64,000 bases of DNA. Source: Takakia lepidozioides (lineage: Eukaryota > Plantae > Bryophyta). The position numbers and the translations under genes are program-made. Below the pieces are notes generated by a model. That model did no database searches. It saw only the letters and a program-made list of their open reading frames with translations, and was not told where the DNA came from. This document shows, piece by piece, positions 62,501 through 64,000 of the stretch (within the stretch, counting starts at the first letter, position 1; every line of letters starts with the position of its first letter). Location: positions 22,010,001 to 22,074,000 of the forward strand of contig CM060733.1 of the NCBI GenBank assembly GCA_030704615.1, given 5' to 3'.

Positions 62501-63609
62501 CACTTTCCACACTTTCCCGGTGTAATATATTTTTTGACCTCTAAAATATCCCCCAACTGATGTTCAGTACTTACTCTTTTCACAGGAAACCCAGTTCCTG
62601 AGGCACCAGTGGTGTTTCCTTGGAATTCTTTTTAGAAAAAAAGGAAACCTATTAGCAACAGCTCACATTTCAGGCCCTCTACAGAACAGGGGAGATTGAA
62701 GGCATACAGGAGAACCATCCCCACCAGGCAGGAAACCATAGGACAAGGTAGCAGGATTTGAGCCCCAAACCACCAGTTTTAACACCGAGATTACTCTCCA
62801 ACTCAGCTGCTGGTTATTTTCTTCAATTACATTGGAATAATCATCTGTATTTTAAAATATATGAGATATAAAATGATTCCTTACTGATGAGAATGAGAAT
62901 TAGAAAAATGACAGAAAAACAGAAAAATGAGAATTAGTTGATGGTGAATCCAGCCCAAAAACAATCTACCTGCACCCACTGGGGACAAGTGTGATGACAT
63001 TGAGGCGATGTGAATGAGGAATCGTTCCGACTCCTTCTTTCCAGCGTCTGAAGAAAGACATGTCTGGCATGAAGAATCCCAGGACACACCCCCAACTCAG
63101 ACCCCCCAGATCCCAAGACTTTCTCTGAAGATTCAATTGCAGCCCTTGGCAATGCAAAGGGGCCAGGGTAAGTTGACCTATCTTTTTCCCTTTTTCTTTT
63201 CGAGCTATCTTGCAGGCACAATAACAGCGCTATTTTTTACTGTCTACATGTCAACGGTTGTCGCAAGCCCCACACAGCAATCTCGCATATCTACCCCCTC
63301 CGGGTTATGTGTGATCATATACAGTACTAGTAGAGCAAATCTTAGATGGCAAATCTCGAGAAATCTCAAGGCCAAAGTAAACCGATACAACAAGAACAAC
63401 AACAAAGATGCAGTTTCCGACGCAAATTCCAAGGGCACGGCCGGGCCACTCCCTATAAATAATCCCCAACGGCGTCCCGTTCCCGAAGCACCGGCGCCGA
63501 AACCTCCCGAGGCACGCCCTCCATGACGCCCTCCCCCACGCTCCGTTTATTGGTCGCCGTCACCGCCTCCCTAATTTAGCCACACTCCACACCCTCGCGC
63601 TTCCGCTCC

Positions 63610-63769
63610 GCTAAATACAGCGCACGCCTTCAATGCATCCCAATACTCGGCTAAATTTATCGCACCCTTTCAATGCGTCCCAATACTCGGCTAAATTTAG
63701 CGCACCCTTTCAATGCGTCCCAATACTCGGCTAAATTTAGCGCACGCCTTCAATGCGTCGCCATACTCG
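63610..63769. repeat. 40-bp tandem repeat, 4 copies
   Basis: GCTAAATTTAGCGCAC(C/G)C(C/T)TTCAATGCGTCCCAATACTCG at 63610, 63650, 63690 and 63730. Confidence 0.92.
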
Positions 63770-64000
63770 GGAGAACCGAGATGCACTCCTCGAAGGAATG
63801 CCGGTGCCAGATACCGGCAACGTGGCCGGCCGGGAATGCGCTGGCCCATACCCGGGCTCACGTGAGGGAGTGGTACCATAGATATTCGGTCGCTTGTGTG
63901 GCCCGTGACTTTTGCAGTGGGACTCGTGTTTATGGAAGGCTGCCGAGGTGTTTGTTTTATTCGCTGGCTGGCCCCGGGAGTCATCATGTGTGAATGTAAT

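Noticed and set aside
62750-62820. tRNA/SINE-like A and B boxes on the minus strand
   Set aside because: Too degenerate; no cloverleaf and no second copy in the window.

Overview
Repeat-rich eukaryotic nuclear DNA from a land plant, probably bryophyte or lycophyte grade (inference from GT-AG introns, a CCCTAAA telomeric tract, tRNA-Met-primed retroelements, a BOI/SBP RING gene and Crinkler-like genes). The one clearly intact host gene is a BOI/SBP-type RING E3 ligase (52919-55081, minus). The rest is mostly mobile DNA: a complete Ty3/gypsy chromovirus (33389-41092, TSD GTACG) with an inverted solo LTR of its own family inside it, older copies of that family, a LINE carrying two self-insertions and a telomeric filler, a hAT MITE, two tRNA-derived SINEs, satellites and host-gene fragments (e.g. 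DNA primase small subunit). The most interesting structure spans about 24.3-45.0 kb. A Mutator-like transposase (GCM-like Zn region, DDE, SWIM) lies on the minus strand. Divergent from it is an intron-containing gene combining a ParB/Srx-like domain with a prokaryote-type beta-class amino-DNA methyltransferase (N4C/N6A fold). Arrays of one GGCGCC-centred palindrome sit downstream of the transposase, between the two genes and inside an intron. This copy is decayed, and a second partial copy of the methyltransferase lies at 19.6-20.8 kb. Family assignments come from motif recognition by eye; no database search was run.
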